The notes below the pieces were generated by a model. It had not been told where the DNA came from, searched no databases, and saw nothing but the letters and a program-made list of their open reading frames with translations. A DNA stretch of 64,000 bases from assembly GCF_009914755.1 (NCBI RefSeq), contig NC_060942.1; one strand, written 5' to 3'. The position numbers and the translations under genes are program-made. Of the stretch, positions 37,099-49,180 are shown in pieces (position 1 is the first letter of the stretch; every line of letters begins with the position of its first letter). Source of the stretch: the human T2T-CHM13v2.0 reference genome, Homo sapiens.

Positions 37099-37632
37099 TG
37101 TGATGGTTAATACTGAGTGTCAACTTGATTGGATTGAAGGGTACAAAGTATTGATCCTGGGTGTGTCTGTGAGGGTGTTGCCAAAAGAGATTAAATTTGA
37201 GTCAGTGGGCTGGGGAAGGCAGATCCACCCTTAGTCTCATGGACACAATCTAATCAGCTGCCAGTGGATATAAAGCAGGCAGAAAAATGTGGAAAGGAGA
37301 GACTGGCCTAGCCTCTCAGCCTACATCTTTCTCCCTTGCTGGATACTTCCTGCCTTCGAACATCAGACCCCAAGTTCTCCGGTTTTTGAGACTCAAACTG
37401 GCTCTCCTTGCTCCTCAGCTTGCAGACAGCCTATTGTGGGACCTTGTGATCATGTGAGTTAATACTTAATAAACTCCATATATATATATATCCATATATG
37501 GATATATATATATATATATGGATATATGGATATATATATGGATATATGGATATATATATATATGGATATATGGATATATATATATATATATATCCTATTA
37601 GTTCTGTCCCTCTAGAGAACCTGACTAAGACA
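37099..37632 (+). mobile_element. MLT2A (HERV-L) solo LTR
   Basis: TGTGATGGTTAATACTGAGTGTCAACTTGATTGGATTGAAGG...CTCTAGAGAACCTGACTAAGACA, with the 5-bp TSD CTGTT at 37094-37098 and 37633-37637. Confidence 0.95.
37478..37595. repeat. (TA)n/GGATATAT minisatellite inside the MLT2A LTR
   Basis: Read directly; includes a palindrome centred on CCATATATGG. Confidence 0.95.
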
Positions 37633-38559
37633 CTGTTTTTCTATGGCTGAAGAATGAAAGGATTGAGATTGTTAATTCGTTGTGCAATGGAAGCTGTGAA
37701 GGATCCAAATATGGAGAAAAAGCAATTCACCCGTATTTGTAAGCTACCTCCTGGATCCTTATCAAATTATTAATTGCATGTTTATCATTTTTGTGTAATC
37801 TTTTTCATTTTTAAATGGACTTTGACAAGGTCTATGTTTTATAGTTAGACTTACTTTTTTGTGAGGATTGGGGGATGATGGCTAATTGGTATGAGATTTC
37901 TGTTTAAAGTAATTAGAATATTACAAAATTAACAATGGCAATGAATGCACAATGCTAGGATATACTAAAAGTTGTGGAGTTGTGCACTTTAAATGAGTGA
38001 ATTATGTGATACATTATATGTAAATTATATACAGTTTATGTAAATGTTTTAATACAGTTAATAATGTTTTGATTATGTAAATTATGTTTTAATAAAGTTA
38101 ACAAATTTATAGTTTACTGTATATTGAGCACTCACTATGTATCAATCACTTTACTGTTGAAAGGAGTCAGGGATGATAAAGCGTTGGAAGGAGAAGGCAC
38201 AAGGAAAGGGCTGATCTTTGGTCCAGTAGTCCTTATGATATGACTGGAGAACTCCAGATAGTTGGAAGGGGGTTGTAGGCATTTTCTTAGTAATCATGAT
38301 CCCATAGGGGAAGAAAGGGGGAAGACATACTTTGTTTCTTATACCTCATGTCCCAGGCCCACCTGGCTTGCTTTCATGTTCTTTTTGCCTCCTTTTTAAC
38401 TATGAGTATTCTACATGTGATGCTGTAAAATGCTCTCATTTTAAATCAGCATACCCATAAAACATTTTGATGACAACTGGAGCCTGGCTTTTGTGCTTAT
38501 TTCCTGCTCCTCCTTTTCCCAAGCCTCAGTATTTCCTCTGGCTCCCATGCCACGAATTC

Positions 38560-38757
38560 CTTGTATGGAATTGTCGACACTTTAAATTATCTCCAGCTCC
38601 ACTGCCTCCCATATACTGCTTAGCCAATGTATACACACTTAGTTCTCTTAATCTCCCGCATAAGTAAATTCCTCAGCCCCTTAATCACCCCCGCCACTCT
38701 TCTCTGAATCCTTTCCAATGTGTTGACATCTTTCTGGCGCAATGGTGCCCACAGCCA
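38560..38757 (-). mobile_element. CR1-family LINE ORF2 C-terminal remnant
   Basis: The minus strand reads LWAPLRQKDVNTLERIQRRVAGVIKGLRNL, then after a frameshift TYAGRLRELSVYTLAK. This resembles CR1 WAP..KKDI..LERVQRRAT.MI.GL..LSYEERL.EL.LF.L. Confidence 0.8.
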
Positions 38758-40914
38758 TATGCCTTTGGCACTTGTTCCCCTTGGCCTCCCACCAGAAATG
38801 GAACTTGGCCGACGTCAGAACAGAGAGTAAGACATATTTATTTGATTTAGCTTCTGATTATGTTCGCTTCTTGGGATGATGGTTGATTACTAGTGATGGG
38901 GTTGGCCAAGCACTGGGATTCAGGGCACGTTGGTTGTGGAGATGGTTCATGTGAGAAGAGCAATACCATGTAACTTGTGTTTCTCCCAGGAGTGGTCTTT
39001 TTCTAAAATAGATGAAATCGGGAATTTTGGAAAATGGTTATACCTTAGTTTAGCTTCCTAAAGATTGTTTGTTTTTATTTCTGTAGCCTGAATTTAAAAT
39101 TACAATACAACTTTTCATAGTCTAGAATTTTGGGGTTAGACAACCTTAAGATTTCAATAGGCAGGGGAAGTCTGTCATAGCAGAATCATCTGGGATATCA
39201 GCTTTGAACGTTACCCATCATTTCTAGGTTACAGATGCTTTACTTCATGTAATAGAACTGTGAAAAAGTAAAAGGTAGAAATACATCAATTTATTTGTAT
39301 TTAAAAACCATCTTCTGGATCCCCACCTCGATAATGATTGTATGAACCTTCACTTTAGGAAGATCTTTCTATTTTTTAGACTTTGATGATGCCTAATAGT
39401 TTGTGGAGTCAGAATTACATTTTGGAATCTAGAAATATGATTTCTCTAATGATAAATTAAATAATATTCTAAAATTCTTTGAGAAAGAGAAAATTTTGTA
39501 AATAAGGTTTTTGGTAGAGTAACTGTAACTTGTTTAAGATGTAAAAAGTCTCTTACAAGGTTAATTTACACATTCAACCAATACCCCTTGAGGGCCTATA
39601 ATTTCCCTTGCACTGTGTTAGACACTGGGGCCATGATATGGGTGAGATATATTCTGAGTATGAAATCACATATTATAAAAACATCCACAGATAATTATAA
39701 GAGAAGTAAGGATGGAAAATTTTTCTTTGTCTTACAAAGGCAATTATGCATATTTTTTCTTACATGCAGGAGAAAGACACCCATGTCACTCCCAGTGTGT
39801 CATTGACAGTGGTCAGTGGCATGAGCTTTGATATGAAGGATTGCATGATATCTAGATCAGTATGGAATGTATGTCTTCTTGGTATAATATTGCACAATTA
39901 TCACCATTGGCAAGTTAAATCCTATCTCTAAGAGTGACACCAAGAGAGCATATTGCACTTGCTCAAGTGGGATATATTAATCTTGCCAGTGAATAAGGCA
40001 GATGTTCAGTCTAGGGTTTGGGGAAAGTAAGGAAAAAGAACTTGTTATTAGTGACAAACTTGTGTCAAATCCAGCTAGAAGTGATGGAATGCAGGCAGAT
40101 GGGCATTTCCATGAGTAGGAGATATGGAAAGATCTTTCAGCAGTCATCATAAAATCTGAAGTTGTACATTAAAGCTATGGAAGGAAATCAATAAAGTAGT
40201 CAGCTACAGGGGATGCTACTGTCCCTTTCTCCTTTAAGAACAGATAATAGATGCTCAGAAGTCAGCAGCATGCCAGCAGCAAACTGATCAGAGAGTAACT
40301 TCTTGAGCTGTTTGAATATAAGTTCAGTATTCTGAGCTCTATCAAAAGGAACCCTTAATTACCCTGGAAATTGAGTTTCATTTTCTCTTCCTATGTGCCA
40401 TCTCCTGTACTCCTAAGCATTGGATTTTTCTGTGGATGTGGAAGACCTCCTGGGGTCCTCTCTTGAGGTCTCGGCACCACCTTCTTTCCTGGAAATGTAG
40501 CTAGGCTTGCTCAGTACCCCTTTGCCTGTGTTTTCTCCTTAGGTTCCATCTGTCCTGCCTGTCAGACATCAAAGCACATCTTTACTGAAGATTCAGAGTG
40601 CTCTCAGAAGAGCATTACACCATAGGAAGGACAAAGGTGGAAATATAGGTAGTTAACTTGGTCTTTTTCTTAGTCCTCCTCAGAGAAGTTACTTCAAGGT
40701 TTACTCTTGGAAAGTGGGTGAGTGCTGTGTGCTCCCTTCACTCTTGATCTGGTTTCCTTCCTCTAATTTATAGACCAGCTCATATGAACAACCCAACCAG
40801 CTGGTCACTCCACCAGAAGAAACTCCACTCCCACTTTCCACCATCAGAAAAACTACACACACTTTGTAAGAGCATGCAGTCATCAAGTTTCCTCCATAGT
40901 CCCAGAACAAAACA

Positions 40915-41135
40915 GTAGAATGTGGTGCTGTAAAGCAGGGCTTGTAATAAAACTGTGTTCGAGTCCCACTCTACCACTTACTATCTGGAATCCTCGATTT
41001 TCTCATCAGTAAAATGGAAATTATACTGCTTACTGCATATGGTTGAATTGAAGCTTAAATAAGCTCACAATGGAAAGCAGTTAGCACAGAGCCTGGCACA
41101 CAGTTAGCCTTCAATAAAGCATAGTTATTCTATTA
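40915..41135 (+). mobile_element. MIR SINE
   Basis: GTTCGAGTCCCACTCTACCACTTACTA...TTTCTCATCAGTAAAATGG...AGCACAGAGCCTGGCACACAG. Confidence 0.85.
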
Positions 41136-42414
41136 TTCCAAACAGTTCTCTGACATTCATTTCTATCTAACAAGATTCTAGGAGAAAAAGGATGCTAAAT
41201 ATAAAAACAGTTCCTCAGATTTTAGTTCATAAACAGATATATGGACCCAGTGTTTTTCTTATATGATATTCGGTTAAGCAATTATGCCATCCAAACATTA
41301 CTTTTGCACTTAGTGATATTCTCCTTGAAGTGTTGTGCTAGAGAAATGAGTTCTCCCACTAGCAGCTCCTGGTCTTGCTCTACAGGAGCAATGAATAGGG
41401 TGACTTTATGTTCTTTTGCTCTATCTGGGGCCTGAATCAATAGCACCAACAAACAAATTATTCAAGCATGCTATCAGAATACCACTTCAGCATTTACTGG
41501 TTTTTCTCAATTTTCAAGGAACGGCTCTGATTCTCACTATTTTTATTCAGAATCTCCTCATGATAAAAGGGAACGTAAGGAGGTGACATTTGCCATGTGA
41601 CTGGTTTGCATTTCTTCCTCTACCAGTTCTTGGCTACTGACTCTTCATCCCATCCCCTAGTCTTGGAGTCTTCATGGCTTCTACCTCCTATATCACTCAT
41701 AGATGTTTCTACCAAACTGATACCTGGGTTTAACTTTCAGATTATGGCTCTATAATCTCCCACACTAGCCAAACTTTTTATAGGAGCAATTAAGCTTCTG
41801 GATTCCTCCTAAAAATGATGTTTAGCTTTGGGGCATTGGGTTAACCTTGCCCAATTTCTGGAAAAGAAAATAGTTCTGAGCTCCTGTTAGATCCCAAGGG
41901 AGAACCCCAGAGGTTTTCTTCATCCACGGGGCCAACACAGATTTCTTAAATCTGCACAAGGACATGTCTCCAGTCTCATCCTAGATTGGCTCTTCAGCTG
42001 AGCCTCTTTCCACCCTTAGAGTAACCCACTGTCAGGGTTGATAAAACAGAACTGAATAGGGAGCATAAGGGTGGCTGATTTGGCAGATCAGGCACAGGAT
42101 AACCCTAATGAATTTTGAGAACTTGTTTGTTATTGTGTCTACCAGCCGAGATTCTCCTTATTTAAGAATCTAACAAACACACATACTGACAAGAATTGGT
42201 AAAATATTCTGGGATATTATAATTAATTATAAAGCCCATCACTCTGAGATGTGAAATTTATGTATGCCTGTATTTTTCAGGGTCAGGTCTGAGTCATTGG
42301 ATGGATAAAGTCACCTTAGAATTCCACTGTTCTTTCATCCCTAATATCATCACAAGACTCCCAGTAATATTAATTGGAAGTGACAAATATCTATAAATTT
42401 ATAAATTCTTCATA

Positions 42415-42600
42415 TGTGCAGAGTATTTTACAGTTTACAATTGCTTCTATGCACAATACCTTATTTGAGCCACACAAAAATCCCTATGTGGGGGTTTTAA
42501 TGTCCCCATTTTTCAGGTGAAGACAGTTTTAAATTGACTTTTGTGATTTACCCAAGATCATTCAGAAATGGAAAATTCACCGCTTGTCTCTGATTATATA
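42415..42600 (-). mobile_element. MIR SINE
   Basis: TTTTACAGTTTACAATTGCTT...CCCCATTTTTCAGGTGAAG...GTGATTTACCCAAGATCA. Confidence 0.6.
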
Positions 42601-43569
42601 TCTACTGCTTACAGTAGGCCTTTAGGTAGGCATATTAAAAATATAGTTTTTTAATTAAGAAGTGGAATCAATTAAAAGAATATCAATTAGTGAGATCAGT
42701 TTTTCCATTCTTACATGTCAGTACCACGGTTTTTGGGTTTTTTTTATTACTTGATTTCTTCTTCATTATTTCGTACCTATGAGGCTGTTCAGTACTCTCA
42801 TTAGTATCTTATCCAAGTCCAATGATTTGTGAATATTGAACTTAAAAGAAATATCCCCTTACCTGACTTTAAATCAGTAGCAGTGCTGTCTCACTTTTCT
42901 TATTATTTCCCAAGTGTCCATATTCTATCTCTTTATTTTTCTAGTTAAAAACCAATTTAAAAAGCATTTCAGTAACTCTGCTGTTGTAGAACTCTTGTTG
43001 TAATAAAATTAATAATTTAAATTTGTTGGCATCTAATGCTGGAAGTCCTCAGGGCACCTTAATGAAAATAGAAAATGATACCAATGCTGCATCATGCCCC
43101 GATGACTACCCCAGAGCAAGATTGGGCAAATGATTGCAAAAAGCATAATTCCAAATTAAAATTAAAAACAACAAGCACATAAGAAAGCATTAGCTTTACT
43201 CTGAAGAGTAATGGATTTCAGGTCTCTAGCTACAGATGATGGATGTAAGGGAAGGGAAAATGTCATCTGGTACTCTAAGGCTATATGCTGTTAAAATGTT
43301 AAGCCTTTACTGGGCCTTAGAAAATCTCTAGTTTGGCCTCTTCAAATTTATCACCAAGAAACTGAGACACTTTTAGGTGAAATGATATTATTAAAGTTCC
43401 ATAGCTAATTAGAGAAGATTTGACTGGTACCCAAGCCACCTGATATCAAGCCAGGCAGTTTTCCTGCTGTTCTGTGCTACTCTAGTCTGCTTCCAGCATA
43501 CTGTCAATCTACTAATTTCACAAAGCTGGAAATAACTGTCCTGAGCAGCTAATATATAAAATAGGAAGA

Positions 43570-43720
43570 CAGTGGGGTGTGACTAGGGTGGTGCAAACAA
43601 AGGAAGTGAGGCACTGTTCTCAAGTGCAAACTGTAATATGGGGGGGTGTGGGTAAAAAGCTCAGTAATGAAGACAAATAATATTCTAATGCAATTTTTTT
43701 TAAATCAGGCAAAATTAAAG
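43570..43720. mobile_element. hAT-Tip100-like DNA transposon end (MER115/Zaphod-like)
   Basis: GACTAGGGTG...AAGTGAGGCAC...GTGCAAA...AAAAGCTCAGTAATGAAGACAAATAATATTCTAATGCAAT. Confidence 0.55.
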
Positions 43721-43986
43721 CAAAACAATCATTTTGCATTTTTTACCCCCTTAATTTGCATCCAAGGCAAGTTCCTCCTTTACATTTCCTGTTTTACTGA
43801 CTTCATTCCAGTATCAGTTTTGGAAATGATTTTCCTTTTTTTATGCCTCCCCCTCTACATGCTAATGCTTTGTTGTTGAAACCAATGCTTTACTATTGAA
43901 ACTCTACAGAGTAAGCTGCCCCTCCCTTTTTTTTTTTTTTTTTTTTTACAGGGGCCAGAAATTTACTGAGGTTTGAAGGCATTCGT

Positions 43987-44510
43987 TGTGTGCTGATATT
44001 AAAATATGTTCACACATTCTTCTCTTCAAAAAGTGTAACCTGATATCTTTCTCCTAGAGTGTAGGCTGTACTTACTAACTACCTTCTAGTTAATAGAATG
44101 TGACAGAAGTGACAATGTATGATTTCTGGGACAAAGCCATAAAAGGCATTGAGGCTTCTTCCTTGCTCACTCTTGGATCACTTGCTCAGGAGAAAGCCAA
44201 CTGCCTTGTCATGAAGACACCCAAGGAGTACCATGGAGAGGTTCACATGGGAGAAACTGAGGCCTCCCACCAACAGCCACATGAATGAGCCATCATAGAA
44301 GAAAATTCTTTAGCCCCAGTCAAGTTTTCAGTTTATGGCAATGCTTGCAAACACCTTGGCTGCAGCATCATGAGAGACCCTGAATCAGTCCATCCAACTG
44401 GAACGTTTCTGAATTATTCATCCACAGAATCTGCAAGAGAATAAATGTTTGTTGCTTTATGTAACAAAATTTGGGGGTAATTTCTTGTGGTACAATAGAT
44501 AACTAATACA
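43987..44510 (+). mobile_element. MLT1F-like (ERVL-MaLR) solo LTR
   Basis: AATAGAATGTGACAGAAGTGAC...GGAGAGGTTCACATGG...CCCCAGTCAAG...CATGAGAGACCCTGA...AATAAATGTTTGTTG...AATAGATAACTAATACA. Confidence 0.85.
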
Positions 44511-47500
44511 GTGTGTTCCACATTATGATCATGACTTTCATCTGGGGAAAAGGTAGACCTGTAAGACACTGAGATCGAAGTCCCTGAGCAATACTTGGCA
44601 TAATCTTGTCTAGTATTTCCCAAATACTGGAGTAAAATTATGGTTTTGAGATAGAAGTAAATTTTATTACAATCCTGGTTTAATCCAGGAAGTAAATACC
44701 ATCATTGAGTAATAGTTAATCCAGCTTTTCACTTAAAAATAATTGGCTGTATGCTACTACCAATAGGAGCTTGTGGTCCACAAGAGCTCACAAATGGTGC
44801 TATTATGAGTTGACAAAACTTTATCCCAAAACAGGGAGACATGCATAAAATCAGAAAGAAACCGCTCCAACAGCTCAAACTTCAAATGGTAATTGCACAC
44901 ATTGAACTTATCTTAAACACCTCTATCAGTATATATCTGAGTCCATAGTCATAGTTTAGAAGTCACTTCTTTAAATCTACCTAAAGAGAATGATTTCACT
45001 CAGTGAGCCTTGGTTTCAAGTAGAACAATATTATGTTGCTTCACTTAATTTTACCTTCCTAAATTATTTTAATTCCAAAGTACCATTTACCCTACAGGAT
45101 GATTAAGGAAACTTCATAAGTACTGATCTGAAGCTTGGAAAATTAATGTCTATCTAAGTCACTAACAGGTATAAACATCTTGTTATACATTGTCTGTGAT
45201 CTCTCCTCTCTTCCCTTGACCTATGAGACTAAGTACTGAAATCTAACCACATACTAAGTTATTAGAATCTATGAATATTTTAGGTCAAATTAACTCATCA
45301 TGAAAACAGTTATAAGAACATCGGACTAACTCTTGATAAAGAGGGAAAAGAGGCAAAAAACTGACCCTCCTACTGTCACTGGGGAATGCAGCCTGAGGAG
45401 TGACTTCTGATGCATGCAGGCAGGGCTGAAGCAGTCTTGGATGAAAGGAAAGTGCTTAGTTTAGGAGGTCGGGTGAGAACCGCTCATTTTCTTTCTAATA
45501 AAGAGGATACCTAAAGAAAACATTCTAGAGTACTTAAATCCAAGTTATAATTCTGTATCTTTCTATCTGAACAACTTTACTCTTAATATTCTTATTCACC
45601 TAAAACCTATGTTATAGTATTTTCCTTGATTACTCTAAAAGATAATTAATATACCTGGCTTTTATTCCTATTATTTGGTTTTAGCTTACTTAAATTATTT
45701 TGGATTTTGGTTTTAATTTTATAAACAATATTACATTACCCTGATGACTGTTTTCTTTCTTTCCTTTTCAGAGATTTTTTCTAAAGATCCCATAATATTT
45801 TATATGATGAACAAGTCACTTTTTCAAAAAATTTAGGTATAGTTTACATGCAGTGAAAACCAGGGGTTTTCTGTGTAGAGTTAGATGAAATTTGACAGAT
45901 CTCATAGGTTAAATAAACTGCTATGACCGATACCCAAACACTACTCCTAACTAGTTGTGCTGTTTTCCACTCTCACGACCAATATGTGTCATAGCTGCTT
46001 TGCAAAACAGAAAGCTGTTATTTTTTAAATGTTTAAATTAGTATTTTAAAAAGTGTCATAGCAGTTTGGGAAAACTAATAGAAATAGAAACTAATAGAAA
46101 ACTGTTATAGCTTTTGAGAGACTAGTCACTTTATCAGGAAAATTATTATTTTGTAATTTGAAGCAACTGGAGAGGGGAAATAATACAGGACAGAATAACC
46201 GGCAAATTGTGTTCTGTACAAAAGATTGGAGAGAAAACATTTTACCTAAATGGTTGAAAATCTCTAAATAAGTCAATGTATCTTATTTTCTCTTGAAAAA
46301 TTATGGAGAATGGCCATAAGTACAATTTGCTATTGACTCAATTAGTCACATATTTTTAGATATATTTCACAGTTACAAAAAATGTGAAAAGTTAAAGAAA
46401 AAGATGATGAAGATTTGAAGAAAATAGGACTGTAACCCTTAATACTCACTCTGAAAATATGCAGAAAGTCAATTAATTATTCAAATACTTTAGCTATTTG
46501 TAGTGTGTATTCTATTTACATATTCAGGAAATTAAGTAAAATATATCTATTGTTTTCCTACTCTGTACTTTATGAAATATGCAAGGTTTTTCACAAGACA
46601 AGGAGATACCCTGGCTTTTGTTTCCATTGAGTCAATAGACATTTGATTACCTGTTACTGCTTCTGGGTTTTGATTTACAAAAGTCTCGCCTACTTCCTTG
46701 TTCAGATAATTGTGATGATGTGACTTTAAACAACGTGATGCTTGGGAAATTCTTTATTACTGAAGAAAGGTCACATTCTTAAAAACGGGATTTGTTGCAG
46801 TTCTTATTAATAGAATTCTCCAAGAATACTTGGCTGCTCTCTAGCTAAGAAAATGCAGGTTTCTGTATATACATAGTTTTCTCTCTTTTTTTAATTAAAA
46901 AAAATAGAATTGAAAAAAAAACATTTATAGGGAAACAGCCTTATATGAACACTTTAATTATTGAACATTGAAAGGTAAAGTTTAAAGTATTACATCTATT
47001 TTTCATTTGCCCTTGCAATATTAGACACTGACTAATGTGTTAGAACAAGACAAAAGGGAAACTAAAGATAAATATAGAAAGTGACAGAGGCTTTGCAACT
47101 GCAGGAGTTTGCAAGATATGGGCATTCATGAGCTGTGTTGATCAAGCACAAGAAATTAGTAAAACCAGGAAGAAATGAGAATGATGGATATTAAAGAAGA
47201 TTAAACTAATTGGGCCACTCATTGGGTTTAGCAAAAAGTGTCAAGAAAAAGGATTGAAGAGCAACTATATTCATCCCATAGGTAGGTAAATCAGAAATGT
47301 GTGGGATTAAGGTGGCCTGCAGATAAAGTGGGGGCAAGCATCAGGAAGACCTGGGAAGAGACCACTCAGTCACTGTACTCCTTCAACACTAATTTCTAAA
47401 GGCCATGGGAGCACACCAAACTCAGGCATATCACAACTCCCAAAGTAGTGGTTGCTTGAAACTGGAAAACTAAAAATAAATGGATGGTAAGGAGGGGAGA

Positions 47501-49034
47501 ATGCAAGACTGATTACTAGTACATAAGCATTTTATCATAGGCACAAGGGAAGACAGACCAGATAGACCTTTGCAGTGACAGAGATAAAGAGGCAGAAGTT
47601 TGAAACGTAGAAGTTTAACCACTGAGCTTATTTATGGCCTTGTATGTTCAAAGACACCACAATTTTGAGAAAGAGCATTATATTTTATGGGTGTCATTTC
47701 TGAAGTGTGAAAGCAAAATAAACTGAAGTGCATATTGAGAGGAAAAAATTTAAATAGTAATAGCATGGGGCAGAGTTAATTTCAAGTGTATGTTTCCTCA
47801 AAGGAAAGTTCATGGCCTGGGATCAGAAAAACGAGTAAAAGTTGTGGTGAGTGAGCCTATACAGAAGCATGTATTATCCTTGGACCTTTCTCTATCCCAC
47901 ACCAAGAAAGTCTCCATTCTGTGAAGCTAAATATTACTGTATCTAATCAATAAAATTAATATGACCCCTACTGAGATAAAAATATTTATATATAGCATGG
48001 GTTCTCTGAGTGTACAATGAGGATAGATTAGGATACTGAGGAATCTTGACATTTTCAAGTCCAGAACTCTTTGGGAGAGCCCAAGACTGACCATGAATGG
48101 ACAATAATGGGACAGGTAGGCTTTCTGCTTTGGAACATGCCCCTGTCTTGCCAAAAACCTCCATCTTGCTCATAGGTAAAATTATACTGGGCCATGTTCT
48201 CCATTAGTCTGCATTCAGAACACAATCTACAGAAATTGTTTATATTGGAGAAAAAACAGTTAAATATTTATCAGTGTAGAGAATACCCAGAAACTCAAAA
48301 TCCAAGTCTTTTAAATTCTTCTTTGCACATGGTTAGATGAGGAAGAGAAAGAAATTTTCAGTGGAAACAAGTCTAGCCAGGTAGCTGAGTCAGGCTGTGT
48401 AGTGAGGGTCCTAGATAGGGAGAGGATGACTTGAAGGCCGTGTGTGACTTGTGAGGGCAGCTGGAGATGTCACTAAGTCACAGGGAGCTCTGTCTGAGCC
48501 CCCCAGCTGAGAATCAGAACCTTTCATCTGCAGGTTGTTTGGCCCATTTAGACTTCTATTTGCACAGCAGTTACACATAACAAATTTTTCTTGTTGACTG
48601 ACTGAGGGGAATGAAGTGCGATTGAGAGCATGGGATAATATCTTGCCATTGCCCAGCCTCTGGGCTTGGAGACAGTGACCTGGTATGGAGAGTTATGGTG
48701 GTAGATGATTCTGAAACTCTTTGAGTGTTTCTCAGCTTTCAGATACACTCAGAGAGTTCACAGCTGGGAGCAAAAGGAGTAACATGCCAGCACAGTGTCT
48801 AGTAACCAGGGCTAACCTTGGGAACCTGCCACCCTGGAGACAGAGGGCCAATTTAGAAGCATACTTACAGTTCCCTTGAGTTACTGAGAAATATTTGGGA
48901 AGAGGAAAAGAGAGACATATTTGTTTCTATAGTTATGTAGATTGGGGTATACCAGAGCAGAGACATTTGTCAATTAATGGCCTATTTCCAAAATAAATTG
49001 TTGATGGTTTTGGTATGGTTTGTAATATCCATAG

Positions 49035-49180
49035 AATGGATGTGAGAGTCAGTGGTCTGGGTTTTAGACTAACTCTTGGTGCAACTCTGAGCAAGGCATT
49101 TCAGTTCTCTGGGCACCGTATTTCTTATCTACCTCTCATCCAGTTAGACTAGAGAAACTCTAAAGTCCACTTCATTTTTA
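49035..49180 (+). mobile_element. MIR fragment
   Basis: GAGTCAGTGGTCTGGGTTTTAG...TCTCTGGGCACCGTATTTCTTATCTA. Confidence 0.5.

Larger units (their letters stand above)
36865..38100 (+). mobile_element. L1MB/MC-like 3' end, interrupted by an MLT2A LTR
   Basis: ATCCATTAACTGATGACTAGATAAATAAAATGTGGCATATCCATACAA...ACAGAAAATAGATTA. It resumes after the LTR and ends ...GCACTTTAAATGAGTGAATTATGTG. Confidence 0.8.
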
